Made by a program: the position numbers and the translations under genes. Below the pieces are notes generated by a model. The model saw nothing but the letters and a program-made list of their open reading frames with translations, had not been told where the DNA came from and searched no databases. A DNA stretch of 64,000 bases from Candidatus Micrarchaeota archaeon (lineage in GTDB: Archaea; Micrarchaeota; Micrarchaeia; Norongarragalinales; Norongarragalinaceae), in the NCBI GenBank assembly GCA_016207165.1, contig JACQQD010000011.1, positions 1 through 64,000 on the forward strand. The letters run 5' to 3'. Position 1 is the stretch's first letter. Each line of letters starts with the position of its first letter. Positions 38,155-47,256 of this stretch are shown here, piece after piece.

Positions 38155-39147
38155 ATGGATGAATTGATCACCGCATTGGAAACCCGGGAAAACCTTTCCG
38201 AAAACCAATCGGAACAGCTGGCCGACGGGTTCCTGGACAACACGATGAAGCATGAAGACATCAAGCGCGTGCTTTTGGCGTTGAACGCCAAAGGGCCTTG
38301 CGTTGAAGAAGTCGTGGGCTTTGCGAAAAGCATGCGGAAGCATTCCATCAAAATCCACCCTCAACGCCAAGTCGTGGACACGTGCGGCACCGGAGGCGAC
38401 GGCGCCAGTACGTTTAACATTTCGACTACCGCGGCGTTCATTGTCGCGGCCTGCGGCCAGGCCGTTGCCAAACACGGCAACAAAAGCGTTTCAAGCCAAA
38501 GCGGGTCCGCCGACGTCTTGGATGCGCTTGGATTGAACATCCACGTGCCGCCTGAAAAAACGCAGGACATGATTGACGAAACGGATTTTGGCTTCCTCTT
38601 TGCGCCGTTGTACCATCCGGCCATGAAGCACGTGGCGCCGGTGAGAAAAGAGTTGGGCGTGAAAACCATCTTCAATCTATTGGGCCCGCTGACGAACCCA
38701 GCCAGCGCCCAATTTCAAGTCATCGGCGCGTACGATGCCAAAACGCAGGCGTTGCTGGCGGAAGCCGTAAAACGGTTGGGCACGCAACGGACGTTGGTGG
38801 TGAAAGGCGAGAAGCTAGACGAAGCCGGTTTTGGTAAAACCCAGGTCTTGGATGTGACCAAAAAGGGCATTGATGCATTTGAATTGCATTCCGAGGAATT
38901 CGGGCTGAAAGGCGCCGTTGCGGATTTAGTGGTTGAAAACGCCAAGCAAAGCGCCTTGTTTGTCCGCCAGGCGCTGCAGGATGACGGGGTCAAAAGCAGG
39001 GTGGCGGCACTTAACGCCGCGTTGGCGTTGTATGCGGCCGGGAAGGCGGAAACCGTTCAAGAGGGGTTCACCAAAGCCAAAAACGTCTTGAATTCGGGCC
39101 GCGCCATGTTCAAACTCCAGGAAGCCGTGTCGGTGTCCAAGCTATGA
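38155..39147 (+). CDS. trpD: anthranilate phosphoribosyltransferase
   Basis: DTCGTGGDG..TFNIST, KHGN, GSAD, NLLGPLTNP. Confidence 0.95.
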   Translation: MDELITALETRENLSENQSEQLADGFLDNTMKHEDIKRVLLALNAKGPCVEEVVGFAKSMRKHSIKIHPQRQVVDTCGTGGDGASTFNISTTAAFIVAACGQAVAKHGNKSVSSQSGSADVLDALGLNIHVPPEKTQDMIDETDFGFLFAPLYHPAMKHVAPVRKELGVKTIFNLLGPLTNPASAQFQVIGAYDAKTQALLAEAVKRLGTQRTLVVKGEKLDEAGFGKTQVLDVTKKGIDAFELHSEEFGLKGAVADLVVENAKQSALFVRQALQDDGVKSRVAALNAALALYAAGKAETVQEGFTKAKNVLNSGRAMFKLQEAVSVSKL

Positions 39148-39902
39148 CGTTTTTGGACGACGTGTTGCAAGAAGTTGAAGAAAACGTTTTGACGGGTTAC
39201 TACAAGAAGCGTCCGGGAAAACCCGTGAATGCAGGACAAGTCTCTCTGGAAGGACGGCTTGAATCCTCGTTTACGATCATCGCGGAAATCAAGCCCCAAT
39301 CCCCCACGCACGGAACGCTTTTTGAAGGCGACGCGGCCGAGTTGGCGGAAACCTACAAAAAAAACGGCGCGGGAGCCATTAGCGTGTTGTGCGAGCCGAA
39401 CCGTTTTGGCGGTTCGCTGGAAAACCTCTCCAAAGCCAAGAAAACGGGTTTGCCGGTTCTAGCCAAGGACTTCGTCCTTTCGTTCCATCAATTGGACGCG
39501 TACAAGGCGTTTGGCGCGGACGCCGTGCTTCTGATCCACGAATTGTTTGACGTGAAAAAAACCGAGGGAAGTCTTGACGAATTCATTGCCGCCGCCCACG
39601 AAAAAAAGTTGGAAGTCGTCTTGGAAGTGCATGCCCGGCACGGCTTGGAGGAAGCGGTGCAGACAAAAGCGGACGTGATTGGCATCAACAACCGGGACCT
39701 GTACACCCTGGCGCTAAACCCCTTGCATTACCAAAACGTGTTAGGCGACATTCAACCGGACCGGCCCATCATTGCCGAAAGCGGGTTTAAGTCCAAAGAA
39801 GACCTGGAAATAGCCAAAGCCGTGGGCATCAACGGCGTGCTGGTGGGAACGGCGCTCCTGGAAAGCGGCGACCCCGGCAAATCATTGAGGGAATTGTTGT
39901 GA
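39144..39902 (+). CDS. trpC: indole-3-glycerol-phosphate synthase
   Basis: [32 protein letters not shown]. Confidence 0.95.
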   Translation: MTFLDDVLQEVEENVLTGYYKKRPGKPVNAGQVSLEGRLESSFTIIAEIKPQSPTHGTLFEGDAAELAETYKKNGAGAISVLCEPNRFGGSLENLSKAKKTGLPVLAKDFVLSFHQLDAYKAFGADAVLLIHELFDVKKTEGSLDEFIAAAHEKKLEVVLEVHARHGLEEAVQTKADVIGINNRDLYTLALNPLHYQNVLGDIQPDRPIIAESGFKSKEDLEIAKAVGINGVLVGTALLESGDPGKSLRELL

Positions 39903-41035
39903 CGTACTTCGGCTCGTTTGGCGGCATGTACGTGCCGGAAACCTTGGTCGCGCCGCTGCAGCGCATCCAGCGCGAGTACGCCAAACGCAAAAACGATTCC
40001 CTGTTTCAAACCAAGTTCCAGCAACTGTTGCGCGAATACGCGGGAAGGCCTTCGCCCCTGTATTTCGCGGAAAAACTGTCGAAAGCCTACGGCTGCAAGA
40101 TTTACCTGAAACGCGAGGACCAGCTTTACACCGGCTCGCACAAAATCAACAACGCCTTGGGCCAAAGCCTGTTTGCCAAATCACTTGGCGCAGAGCGGGT
40201 GATTGCAGAAACTGGGGCGGGACAGCATGGCGTGGCAACAGCCACCGCGTGCGCGCTGTTGGGATTGAAGTGCGTGGTGTACATGGGGTCGGAAGACGTC
40301 AAGCGCCAGTACTTGAACGTTCAACGCATGAAGTTGCTTGGAGCGGAAGTTCGGCCCGTGGATTCGGGGTCCAAGACGCTGAAAGACGCCATCAACGAAG
40401 CGCTTCGCGACTGGGTGGCACAACCGGAAAGCTATTACTTGATTGGTTCCGTCGTTGGGCCGTCGCCTTACCCTGAAATGGTGCGGGACTTTCAACGCGT
40501 GATTGGCGACGAGACCCGAGAACAAGTCATGCAACGCGAGGGAAAGCTTCCCGACGTGTTGGTGGCGTGCGTGGGTGGCGGCTCGAATGCCATGGGCTTG
40601 TTTTATCCGTTCAAAGACGAGCATACCGTCAAGAAAATCGGGGTGGAAGCCTACGGCGCCGCATCGCTTTGCTTTGGAAAAACAGGCGTGCTGCACGGCG
40701 CGAAAACCAAGGTGCTCCAAGACGCCGACGGACAAATCATGGAGACGCACAGCATTTCAGCGGGGTTGGACTACTCGGCCGTAGGCCCCGAACATGCATT
40801 CTTTCAGGAAACCGGGATCGCGGACTACTCGGCGGTCAACGACGAACAGGCACTCGCCGCATTCCGGGAATTATCCATTCAAGAAGGCATCATTCCGGCG
40901 TTGGAATCCGCGCACGCCGTAGCCAAAGGCCTGGATTTGGCGCAGATCCTGGACAAGGACCAAATCATGGTCATCAACTTGAGCGGCCGCGGCGACAAAG
41001 ATACCCATGCCCTTGAAGCGCTTGGACTGAAATGA
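39899..41035 (+). CDS. trpB: tryptophan synthase beta chain
   Basis: [46 protein letters not shown]. Confidence 0.97.
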   Translation: MTYFGSFGGMYVPETLVAPLQRIQREYAKRKNDSLFQTKFQQLLREYAGRPSPLYFAEKLSKAYGCKIYLKREDQLYTGSHKINNALGQSLFAKSLGAERVIAETGAGQHGVATATACALLGLKCVVYMGSEDVKRQYLNVQRMKLLGAEVRPVDSGSKTLKDAINEALRDWVAQPESYYLIGSVVGPSPYPEMVRDFQRVIGDETREQVMQREGKLPDVLVACVGGGSNAMGLFYPFKDEHTVKKIGVEAYGAASLCFGKTGVLHGAKTKVLQDADGQIMETHSISAGLDYSAVGPEHAFFQETGIADYSAVNDEQALAAFRELSIQEGIIPALESAHAVAKGLDLAQILDKDQIMVINLSGRGDKDTHALEALGLK

Positions 41036-41093
41036 AACGAAAAAATCGGAAATAGATTGGGCGACGAAAAAAATCAAAAAAAAATAAGAAAAA

Positions 41094-41852
41094 ATGGTTT
41101 TGAAGAAAATGAAGTTCACGCGTCTTTTTGAATCCAAGAAATTCGTCTTTTTGCCCTACGTGTGCTTGGGCTACCCCACCCTTCAAGAAAGCATCCAAAT
41201 CGTGAAAACCCTGGAACCCTTTGCCGACGGGTTCGAACTGGGCATACCGTTCTCCGACCCGGTGGCGGACGGCCCAGTGCTTCAAGCCGCCACGCAAGCC
41301 GCATTGAAAAACGGCTTCCACGTAACAGACGCGTTTCGGGCCATCAGGGAAATCCGTTCGTTCACGCAAAAGCCTCTGGCCGTCATGACGTACCTCAATC
41401 CGGTGCTGGCCTACGGCTTGGAAAAATTCGCTTCCGATGCGCAAAACGCGGGCGCGGATGCCGTCATTGTGCCGGATTCGCCCATGGAGGAAAACGATTC
41501 GCTTCAGGCCGCGTGTTCCGGGAAACTGGAAGTGCCGCTGTTCGTTTCCCCTACCACGCCGGATTCGCGGGCCGCCAAGATTTCGGAAAAAGCGCAAGGC
41601 TTCGTGTACGGCATTGCCGTGAAAGGCGTGACTGGCGCACGAGAAAACGCCGCAAAGGACATGCAGGCGTTAGTCGGCAAAGTCAAAAACAAGCCCGTCG
41701 CCATCGGTTTCGGCATTTCGAAAGCCGAACACGTCCAAGCCGTAAAAAATTCAGGCGCGAGAGGATTCATCGTGGGCAGCCAAATCGTGAAAGCGTACAA
41801 CGAATCCAAACTGGACGGGGTAAAACAATTCGCAAAATCCCTATCGCCATAG
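41094..41852 (+). CDS. trpA: tryptophan synthase alpha chain
   Basis: ELGIPFSDPVADGP, MTYLN, GVTGAR, GFGIS. Confidence 0.96.
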   Translation: MVLKKMKFTRLFESKKFVFLPYVCLGYPTLQESIQIVKTLEPFADGFELGIPFSDPVADGPVLQAATQAALKNGFHVTDAFRAIREIRSFTQKPLAVMTYLNPVLAYGLEKFASDAQNAGADAVIVPDSPMEENDSLQAACSGKLEVPLFVSPTTPDSRAAKISEKAQGFVYGIAVKGVTGARENAAKDMQALVGKVKNKPVAIGFGISKAEHVQAVKNSGARGFIVGSQIVKAYNESKLDGVKQFAKSLSP

Positions 41853-42257
41853 GGAAAACTTTTTCGTCAATTCCGAGACGTCGCTCCAGGAGCCAAACAG
41901 GCAGATGCCGAAATACGCCAAATCCGCTTCCCTGGTTTCTTGGGTTCGGGCCACTTGCGCTTCCCAGGAGTCTTGGATGAGCGTGTGCGGAAAATCCGAA
42001 AACGCAATGCCTCGTTCCAATGCACATTGGCGGAGTTTTCGGATCTGCGTGGAATTGCCTTCCAAGACGATGAATGGAATCTTGGAGATGAGCTTGTGCG
42101 AGCCGCCGTCGGCATCTTGGTAGTCGATGAGTTCCAACTTGGACGCGTCGGAAACCACGTGCCCCAAGCCCAACGCCATGTGCGCCAACGCGTTCATGGT
42201 TCGTCCAGCTGGAATTTTGGGATTGAGCACGGCCACCAACTTGTTTTCAAAGGCCAT
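41841..42257 (-). CDS. DUF2000-family protein
   Basis: KLVAVLN...NALAHMALG, YQDADG..H, V.ELTKKFSLW; start inferred. Confidence 0.75.
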   Translation of the reverse strand: MAFENKLVAVLNPKIPAGRTMNALAHMALGLGHVVSDASKLELIDYQDADGGSHKLISKIPFIVLEGNSTQIRKLRQCALERGIAFSDFPHTLIQDSWEAQVARTQETREADLAYFGICLFGSWSDVSELTKKFSLWR

Positions 42258-42304
42258 GACGGTTTTGATGCGAAACCCAGCTTGAAGATTGAGTAGTCCA
42301 TGGA

Positions 42305-42931
42305 CTACTTTGTTTGGGAAAGAATCTTGGCTTCGGCTTTGCGCAAGTGGGAGAGGAACACGGTTTTGGGAATGCCCAACAGTTTTGCGGCGCGCGTGGC
42401 GGTGATGCGGCGGGGCCACGCGTAATAGCCGAGGTGCCTTGCCGCTTGGAAGGCTTCGCGCTGCTTGGCCGTGAGGCTCTCGGTAAAACCGGTTTGCTTG
42501 AGGTAACGCACCAACACGGGAAAGCGCTTTTGGAGGTGGGCCAAGACGCGGGCCAGGTTTTGTTTTTCGGAGGACGCCAGCGTCCAGACTTCAAAGAGTC
42601 CCTCAAAGCGGGTGGGGGCCGCGGAAAAACAGTGGTTGTCAAAAAAGACGTCGGAAAAGTGCTCTAGGTTCCGGGTGGCTTTGGTCAGCACGCGGAGAAA
42701 AAGCGCTTCACCACGCGAGAGTTCCTCCACGCGCGACACGTCGCCTCTTTTCTTGAAGTAAGCCAGAACCGCATCGAAAAATTCAGGCGGCCCGTCCACG
42801 CGCACGACGTGGGCGACCTGTTTTTTGATCCAACGGCAGTCCACGGACGAAAAAGTGTTGCGAGGAAAACGAGGGGACACGTCGGAGCCCCAACACCCTC
42901 GGTGTTCGATGGAGAACTCGGCTTGAAACAT
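42305..42931 (-). CDS. bacterio-opsin-activator-type (HTH_10) regulator
   Basis: LTAKQREA..AA..LGYY.WPRRIT...AKLLGI.KT...HLRKAEAK. Confidence 0.88.
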   Translation of the reverse strand: MFQAEFSIEHRGCWGSDVSPRFPRNTFSSVDCRWIKKQVAHVVRVDGPPEFFDAVLAYFKKRGDVSRVEELSRGEALFLRVLTKATRNLEHFSDVFFDNHCFSAAPTRFEGLFEVWTLASSEKQNLARVLAHLQKRFPVLVRYLKQTGFTESLTAKQREAFQAARHLGYYAWPRRITATRAAKLLGIPKTVFLSHLRKAEAKILSQTK

Positions 42932-43002
42932 GAAAAGGCAATGGGAAGCGCGGGATTTAAAAACAGGGAACGGGACAAGAAAGTAAGCAAGGGTTAGCTC
43001 CC

Positions 43003-43068
43003 ATGACTGAAGTTAAAGCAAACCAACAGAATTGGTCGTTTGGCTTTAGCTTTGGCTATTTTGGCTGA
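43003..43068 (+). CDS. putative aromatic-amino-acid leader peptide MTEVKANQQNWSFGFSFGYFG
   Basis: ATG..TGA; 6 of the last 11 codons are Trp/Phe/Tyr; lies directly upstream of the aro operon. Confidence 0.75.
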   Translation: MTEVKANQQNWSFGFSFGYFG

Positions 43069-43212
43069 CTTTGGGAAAAACCCTTGCAAGCTGTTTTTGG
43101 TTGAAGTTCTCCGGCTTGCAGCCGGCGGCGGGTTTTTCCCTTGACGTTCAATCGGGAGGGAAGGGAAATGACGAAGGTAAATAAAAGCAAAGACGCGGTG
43201 AAAAAATCGTGA
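43069..43212 (+). promoter_or_regulatory. putative attenuator RNA with alternative helices
   Basis: GGGAAAAACCC (43073-83) pairs with GGGTTTTTCCC (43130-40); TTTCCCTT (43135-42) alternatively pairs with AAGGGAAA (43161-68). Confidence 0.65.
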
Positions 43213-44219
43213 TCATTGTTTTCGAGCCTAAGGCCACCGAAGCCCAAGTCCAGCACGTGTTCGAGCGGCTCCAGGAATGGGGTTTCACGCCGGTACTGCA
43301 GGAAGGCGAACAGATTTCCATTGCGATTACCGGCGACTCCTCGGCACTAAGAACCCAAACCCTGGAGGCCTTTGACGGCGTGCAGAAAGCCGTCCGCCTC
43401 AAGGAAGCCTACAAGCTGGTGTCCAAGGAATTCAAGCCCGAAGGCACCGTCATTGAGCTTGGGGACGTGAAAATCGGCGGCAAAAAATTGTTGATGATTG
43501 CCGGGCCCTGCAGCGTGGAAACCGAGGAACAATACGTGTCCACCGCGAGAGCCGTCAAAAAAGCGGGGGCCCAGGTGTTGCGCGCCGGCATCTACAAGCC
43601 AAGAACCTCGCCCTACGACTTTCAAGGCGTGGGGGAACGGGGTTTTCCGTGGCTGAAAAAAGCCAAGGACGAAACCGGACTGCCGCTTTGCGCCGAAGTC
43701 TTGGACGTGGCCTCCATTGCCAAGACCAAGGACCACGTGGACATGTACCAAGTCGGCGCCCGCAACATGCAGAACTACGACCTGCTTAGAGCATTGGGAA
43801 AAGGCGGCAAGCCCGTGCTGCTTAAGCGAGGCTTGTCCGGCACCATCAAGGAACTCTTGTTGGCCGCGGAATACATCATGTCGTCTGGCAACCACGACGT
43901 GATGCTATGCGAGCGAGGCATTCGCACCTACGAAACGGCTACCCGATTCACGTTGGATATCGGAGCCGTTCCCGTGCTGCACCACGACACGCATTTGCCC
44001 GTCATCGTGGACCCGTCGCACCCGGCAGGGAAACGGTCTTTGGTTGGATCCATGGCGAAAGCCGGCGTGGCCGCGGGAGCGGACGGCTTGATCGTGGAAG
44101 TGCACCCCGAACCCGAGAAAGCCTGGTCCGACGCGGCCCAGCAGTTGACGTTCGACCAATTCGAACAGTTAATGGCGGAATTAAAGCCCGTGGCGCAGGC
44201 CGTGGGACGGGAGCTCTGA
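43209..44219 (+). CDS. aroF: DAHP synthase type I-beta with N-terminal ACT-like domain
   Basis: IAGPCSVE, KPRTSPY, GARNMQN, LKRG, CERGIRT, DPSH, EVH. Confidence 0.95.
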   Translation: MIIVFEPKATEAQVQHVFERLQEWGFTPVLQEGEQISIAITGDSSALRTQTLEAFDGVQKAVRLKEAYKLVSKEFKPEGTVIELGDVKIGGKKLLMIAGPCSVETEEQYVSTARAVKKAGAQVLRAGIYKPRTSPYDFQGVGERGFPWLKKAKDETGLPLCAEVLDVASIAKTKDHVDMYQVGARNMQNYDLLRALGKGGKPVLLKRGLSGTIKELLLAAEYIMSSGNHDVMLCERGIRTYETATRFTLDIGAVPVLHHDTHLPVIVDPSHPAGKRSLVGSMAKAGVAAGADGLIVEVHPEPEKAWSDAAQQLTFDQFEQLMAELKPVAQAVGREL

Positions 44220-44220
44220 C

Positions 44221-45264
44221 ATGCAGACGATGAGCCTGGACTTGGGGAAAAGCCGCGTGCTGGTGGGAAGCGGAGCGTTAACCCAAGTCAAGGCCTTGGC
44301 GGAAACGGACGGCAAAGCGTTCATCGCGCACCAAAAAGCCACCAAAGCGTACGCCGAAACGTTAGCCAAACAAATGGACGGCAAGACGCACCTCGTTCAA
44401 ATGCCGGACGGCGAGGCGGCCAAGACACTTGACCAGATTGCCGCCTTGTACCAGGAGGCGCTTGATTTCGGGTTGGAGCGCAGCGACACCGTTTTCGCGG
44501 TAGGCGGCGGGTGCCTGGGGGATGCCGTGGGATTCACGGCCGCCACGTACATGCGGGGCGTTTCGTTGATCCACGTGCCGACGACGTTGTTGGCGCAAGT
44601 GGATTCCGCCATCGGAGGAAAAGTCGGCATCAATTTCGCCGGCACCAAGAACATGGTCGGCGCCTTCCATTTTCCAAAACTCGTGGTCTGCGACATTGAC
44701 ACCCTGGAGAGCTTGCCGGGCGAACAGGTCAAAAACGGTTTGGCGGAAGTCGTCAAGTACGGCTTGATTTTGGACGAGGACTTGTTTTCCTTCGTGGAAG
44801 AAAACAAAGCGGGCCTGCTGCAGAAAAAACCGGAACGGCTTCAGCACGTGGTGTCGCAAAGCGTGCAAATCAAGGGAAAAGTCGTGGCCGAAGACGAGCG
44901 GGAAGCCGGAGAAAGAATGAAACTCAATTACGGCCACACCTTGGGGCACGGAATCGAGGCGGTGACGGCAATGCAGCACGGCAAAGCCATTTCCATCGGC
45001 ATGCATGCCGCCGGCATCTTGGCCGTCAAGCGCGGCCTCTTGAAGCCGAAGGACTTGGATCGGCAAAACCAGCTGCTTATTGACGTGGGATTGCCCTTGA
45101 CGGCCAGGTTTGACGTAAGCGCCGTCATGGAAAAAGTCTCCCACGACAAGAAGAAAACTCAAGGCAAACTGCGCATGGTTTTGCTGGACGCCATTGGCTC
45201 GTGTGCGGTGCATGACGTGAGCGACGACGAGGCCCGAAAAGCCTTGGAAGAGGTATTGAAATGA
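44221..45264 (+). CDS. aroB: 3-dehydroquinate synthase
   Basis: GGG.LGD, PTTLLAQVDSAIGGK, LNYGHTLGH, HGKAISIG. Confidence 0.95.
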   Translation: MQTMSLDLGKSRVLVGSGALTQVKALAETDGKAFIAHQKATKAYAETLAKQMDGKTHLVQMPDGEAAKTLDQIAALYQEALDFGLERSDTVFAVGGGCLGDAVGFTAATYMRGVSLIHVPTTLLAQVDSAIGGKVGINFAGTKNMVGAFHFPKLVVCDIDTLESLPGEQVKNGLAEVVKYGLILDEDLFSFVEENKAGLLQKKPERLQHVVSQSVQIKGKVVAEDEREAGERMKLNYGHTLGHGIEAVTAMQHGKAISIGMHAAGILAVKRGLLKPKDLDRQNQLLIDVGLPLTARFDVSAVMEKVSHDKKKTQGKLRMVLLDAIGSCAVHDVSDDEARKALEEVLK

Positions 45265-45938
45265 TTCTGGTTCCCATCGTGGCAAGAACGGTGACGGAAG
45301 CCAAGCGCCAGCTTGCATCCGCGAAGAAAGCGGGAGCCGACGGCGTGGAAATACGGCTGGATGCGTTTGAACACGTCACCTCCGACGACGTACTGGAAAT
45401 GGTAAAAAATAGTCGGCTGCCGGTGCTGGCCACTTGCCGCACCAAGAACGAAGGCGGATTCACGAGAAAGACCAGCGATGAACGAAAAAAACTGTTGTTG
45501 GCGGCCATCCAGGCCAAAGCGGCTATGGTGGACGTGGAATTGTCCAGCCCGCCGGCGTTTCGAAACGCCGTCAAGGCGGCATGCCGCAAAAACAAATGCA
45601 GGCTCGTCGTCTCCAAGCACGATTTTGACCGGACGCCGGAGCCCAAAACCTTGAATCAATGGGTCAAGGAGGCGTTGAAAGCCGGAGACATCGCGAAAAT
45701 CGTGTGCTTGGCCCACCACACCGTCGACCTGCTACGCCTGTTGGACCTCGTCAAGCACGGAAACGGCAACGTGGTGGCCTTTGCGATGGGGGAACAAAAC
45801 AAGCAGAGCCGCGTGCTAAGCCTCTTGTACGGCGCGCCGTTTGGCTTTGCCGCCTTGCACCGCGAAAGCGCGCCCGGACAGATTCCACTGAAGCAGATGC
45901 GGTTGGCGTTGGAGGCCACCAAAGAGTGGGTCGCATGA
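45261..45938 (+). CDS. aroD: type I 3-dehydroquinate dehydratase
   Basis: EIRLD, TCR..EGG, SKHDF..TP, IAKI, AMG, SAPGQ. Confidence 0.92.
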   Translation: MILVPIVARTVTEAKRQLASAKKAGADGVEIRLDAFEHVTSDDVLEMVKNSRLPVLATCRTKNEGGFTRKTSDERKKLLLAAIQAKAAMVDVELSSPPAFRNAVKAACRKNKCRLVVSKHDFDRTPEPKTLNQWVKEALKAGDIAKIVCLAHHTVDLLRLLDLVKHGNGNVVAFAMGEQNKQSRVLSLLYGAPFGFAALHRESAPGQIPLKQMRLALEATKEWVA

Positions 45939-46759
45939 TTACCGCGAAAACCAAGTTGCTGGCCATCATCGGAGACCCCGTCCAGCACTCGCTTTCTCCA
46001 GTTATGCGCAACGCGTCGTTTGAGGCGTTGGGTTTGGATTACGTCTACGTCGCCCTGAACGTCAAGAAAGAAGAGTTGGAAACGGCTGTGGCCGGCATGC
46101 AGGTTCTCGGGTTTCGGGGTTTCAACGCCACCATGCCGCACAAAAAAGCGCTCTGCGGCTTGGTGGATGAAATGGATGAGTTCGCCAAATTCTGCGACGC
46201 CGTCAATACCGTGGACATCAACGAGACGCTTTACGGCTACAACACAGACGGACCCGGAGCCCTGGAGGCGCTCAAGCAAGCGCAAGCCGATATTTCCAAG
46301 TCCGTGGTGATTGGCGCCGGTGGGGCTGGACGAGCAATTGCCTACGCGTTGGCCAAAGGGGGATCGGAAGTAACGATTTTGAATCGCGACGAACGCAAGG
46401 CGGACGCCGTGGCTGAAAAAATCCGGAAGGCGGGACTCAAGGCGAAAAGCGGCGGGCTCAACGAATTGGAAGCCCAACTGAAAACCGCGTCGACGCTGTG
46501 CCACGCCACGCCGGTGGGCATGCACGGCCATGAAAGCGTGATTCCGGCGAAACGGCTCCACCCGGAACTGACGGTCATGGATGCCGTGTACAAGACCACG
46601 GAGACGAAACTCATTGCCGACGCAAAAAAAGCGGGGTGCCAGATTGTTCCGGGATGGAAGATGCTCTTGCACCAAGGCCAGTTGAGCTTTGAACGCTGGA
46701 CCGGAAAAAAAGCGCCCATGGACGTCATGGAGCAAGCCCTCAAAGAGGCCATGAAATGA
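45935..46759 (+). CDS. aroE: shikimate dehydrogenase
   Basis: GDPVQHSLSP, NATMPHK, AVNT, NTD, GAGGAGRA, MLLHQG; ATG overlapping the aroD stop. Confidence 0.94.
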   Translation: MITAKTKLLAIIGDPVQHSLSPVMRNASFEALGLDYVYVALNVKKEELETAVAGMQVLGFRGFNATMPHKKALCGLVDEMDEFAKFCDAVNTVDINETLYGYNTDGPGALEALKQAQADISKSVVIGAGGAGRAIAYALAKGGSEVTILNRDERKADAVAEKIRKAGLKAKSGGLNELEAQLKTASTLCHATPVGMHGHESVIPAKRLHPELTVMDAVYKTTETKLIADAKKAGCQIVPGWKMLLHQGQLSFERWTGKKAPMDVMEQALKEAMK

Positions 46760-47256
46760 ACGTCGTGCTCATCGGATTCATGGGCTCCGGCAAAACCAGC
46801 GTAGGGAAAGCCCTGGCCAGAAAAAAGGAAATGGATTTCCTGGACATGGACGAAGAAATCGAAAAACAGGAAGGCCGGAAAATTTCGGACATCGTAAACG
46901 AAAACGGAATGGATTTCTTTCGCGACAAGGAATCCGTGTTGCTTGAAGAAATCAGCCGGAAAAACCCGGAAAACACGGTGGTGGCCACCGGCGGCGGCGT
47001 CATCTTGTCCCAAGAAAATCGCGCGATTCTCAAAAAACTTGGACGCGTGGTTTGGTTGGACGTCAGCCCCCTCCACGCGCATGAAAGGACAAGAAACGAC
47101 GACAACCGGCCTTTGCTGAACCATCCCAACCGCCGGGCCGTCATCGAGGAACTCCTCCGAAAAAGAAAGCCGTTTTACCAGGAAGCCGAACTGCACATCC
47201 AAGTCGACGGAAAGACGCCGGAACAAGTCGCAAAAGAAATCGAGGGAAAACTGTGA
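46756..47256 (+). CDS. aroK: shikimate kinase (bacterial P-loop type)
   Basis: GFMGSGKT, DMD, FR..E, ATGGG, RPLL, R.PFY. Confidence 0.94.
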   Translation: MNVVLIGFMGSGKTSVGKALARKKEMDFLDMDEEIEKQEGRKISDIVNENGMDFFRDKESVLLEEISRKNPENTVVATGGGVILSQENRAILKKLGRVVWLDVSPLHAHERTRNDDNRPLLNHPNRRAVIEELLRKRKPFYQEAELHIQVDGKTPEQVAKEIEGKL

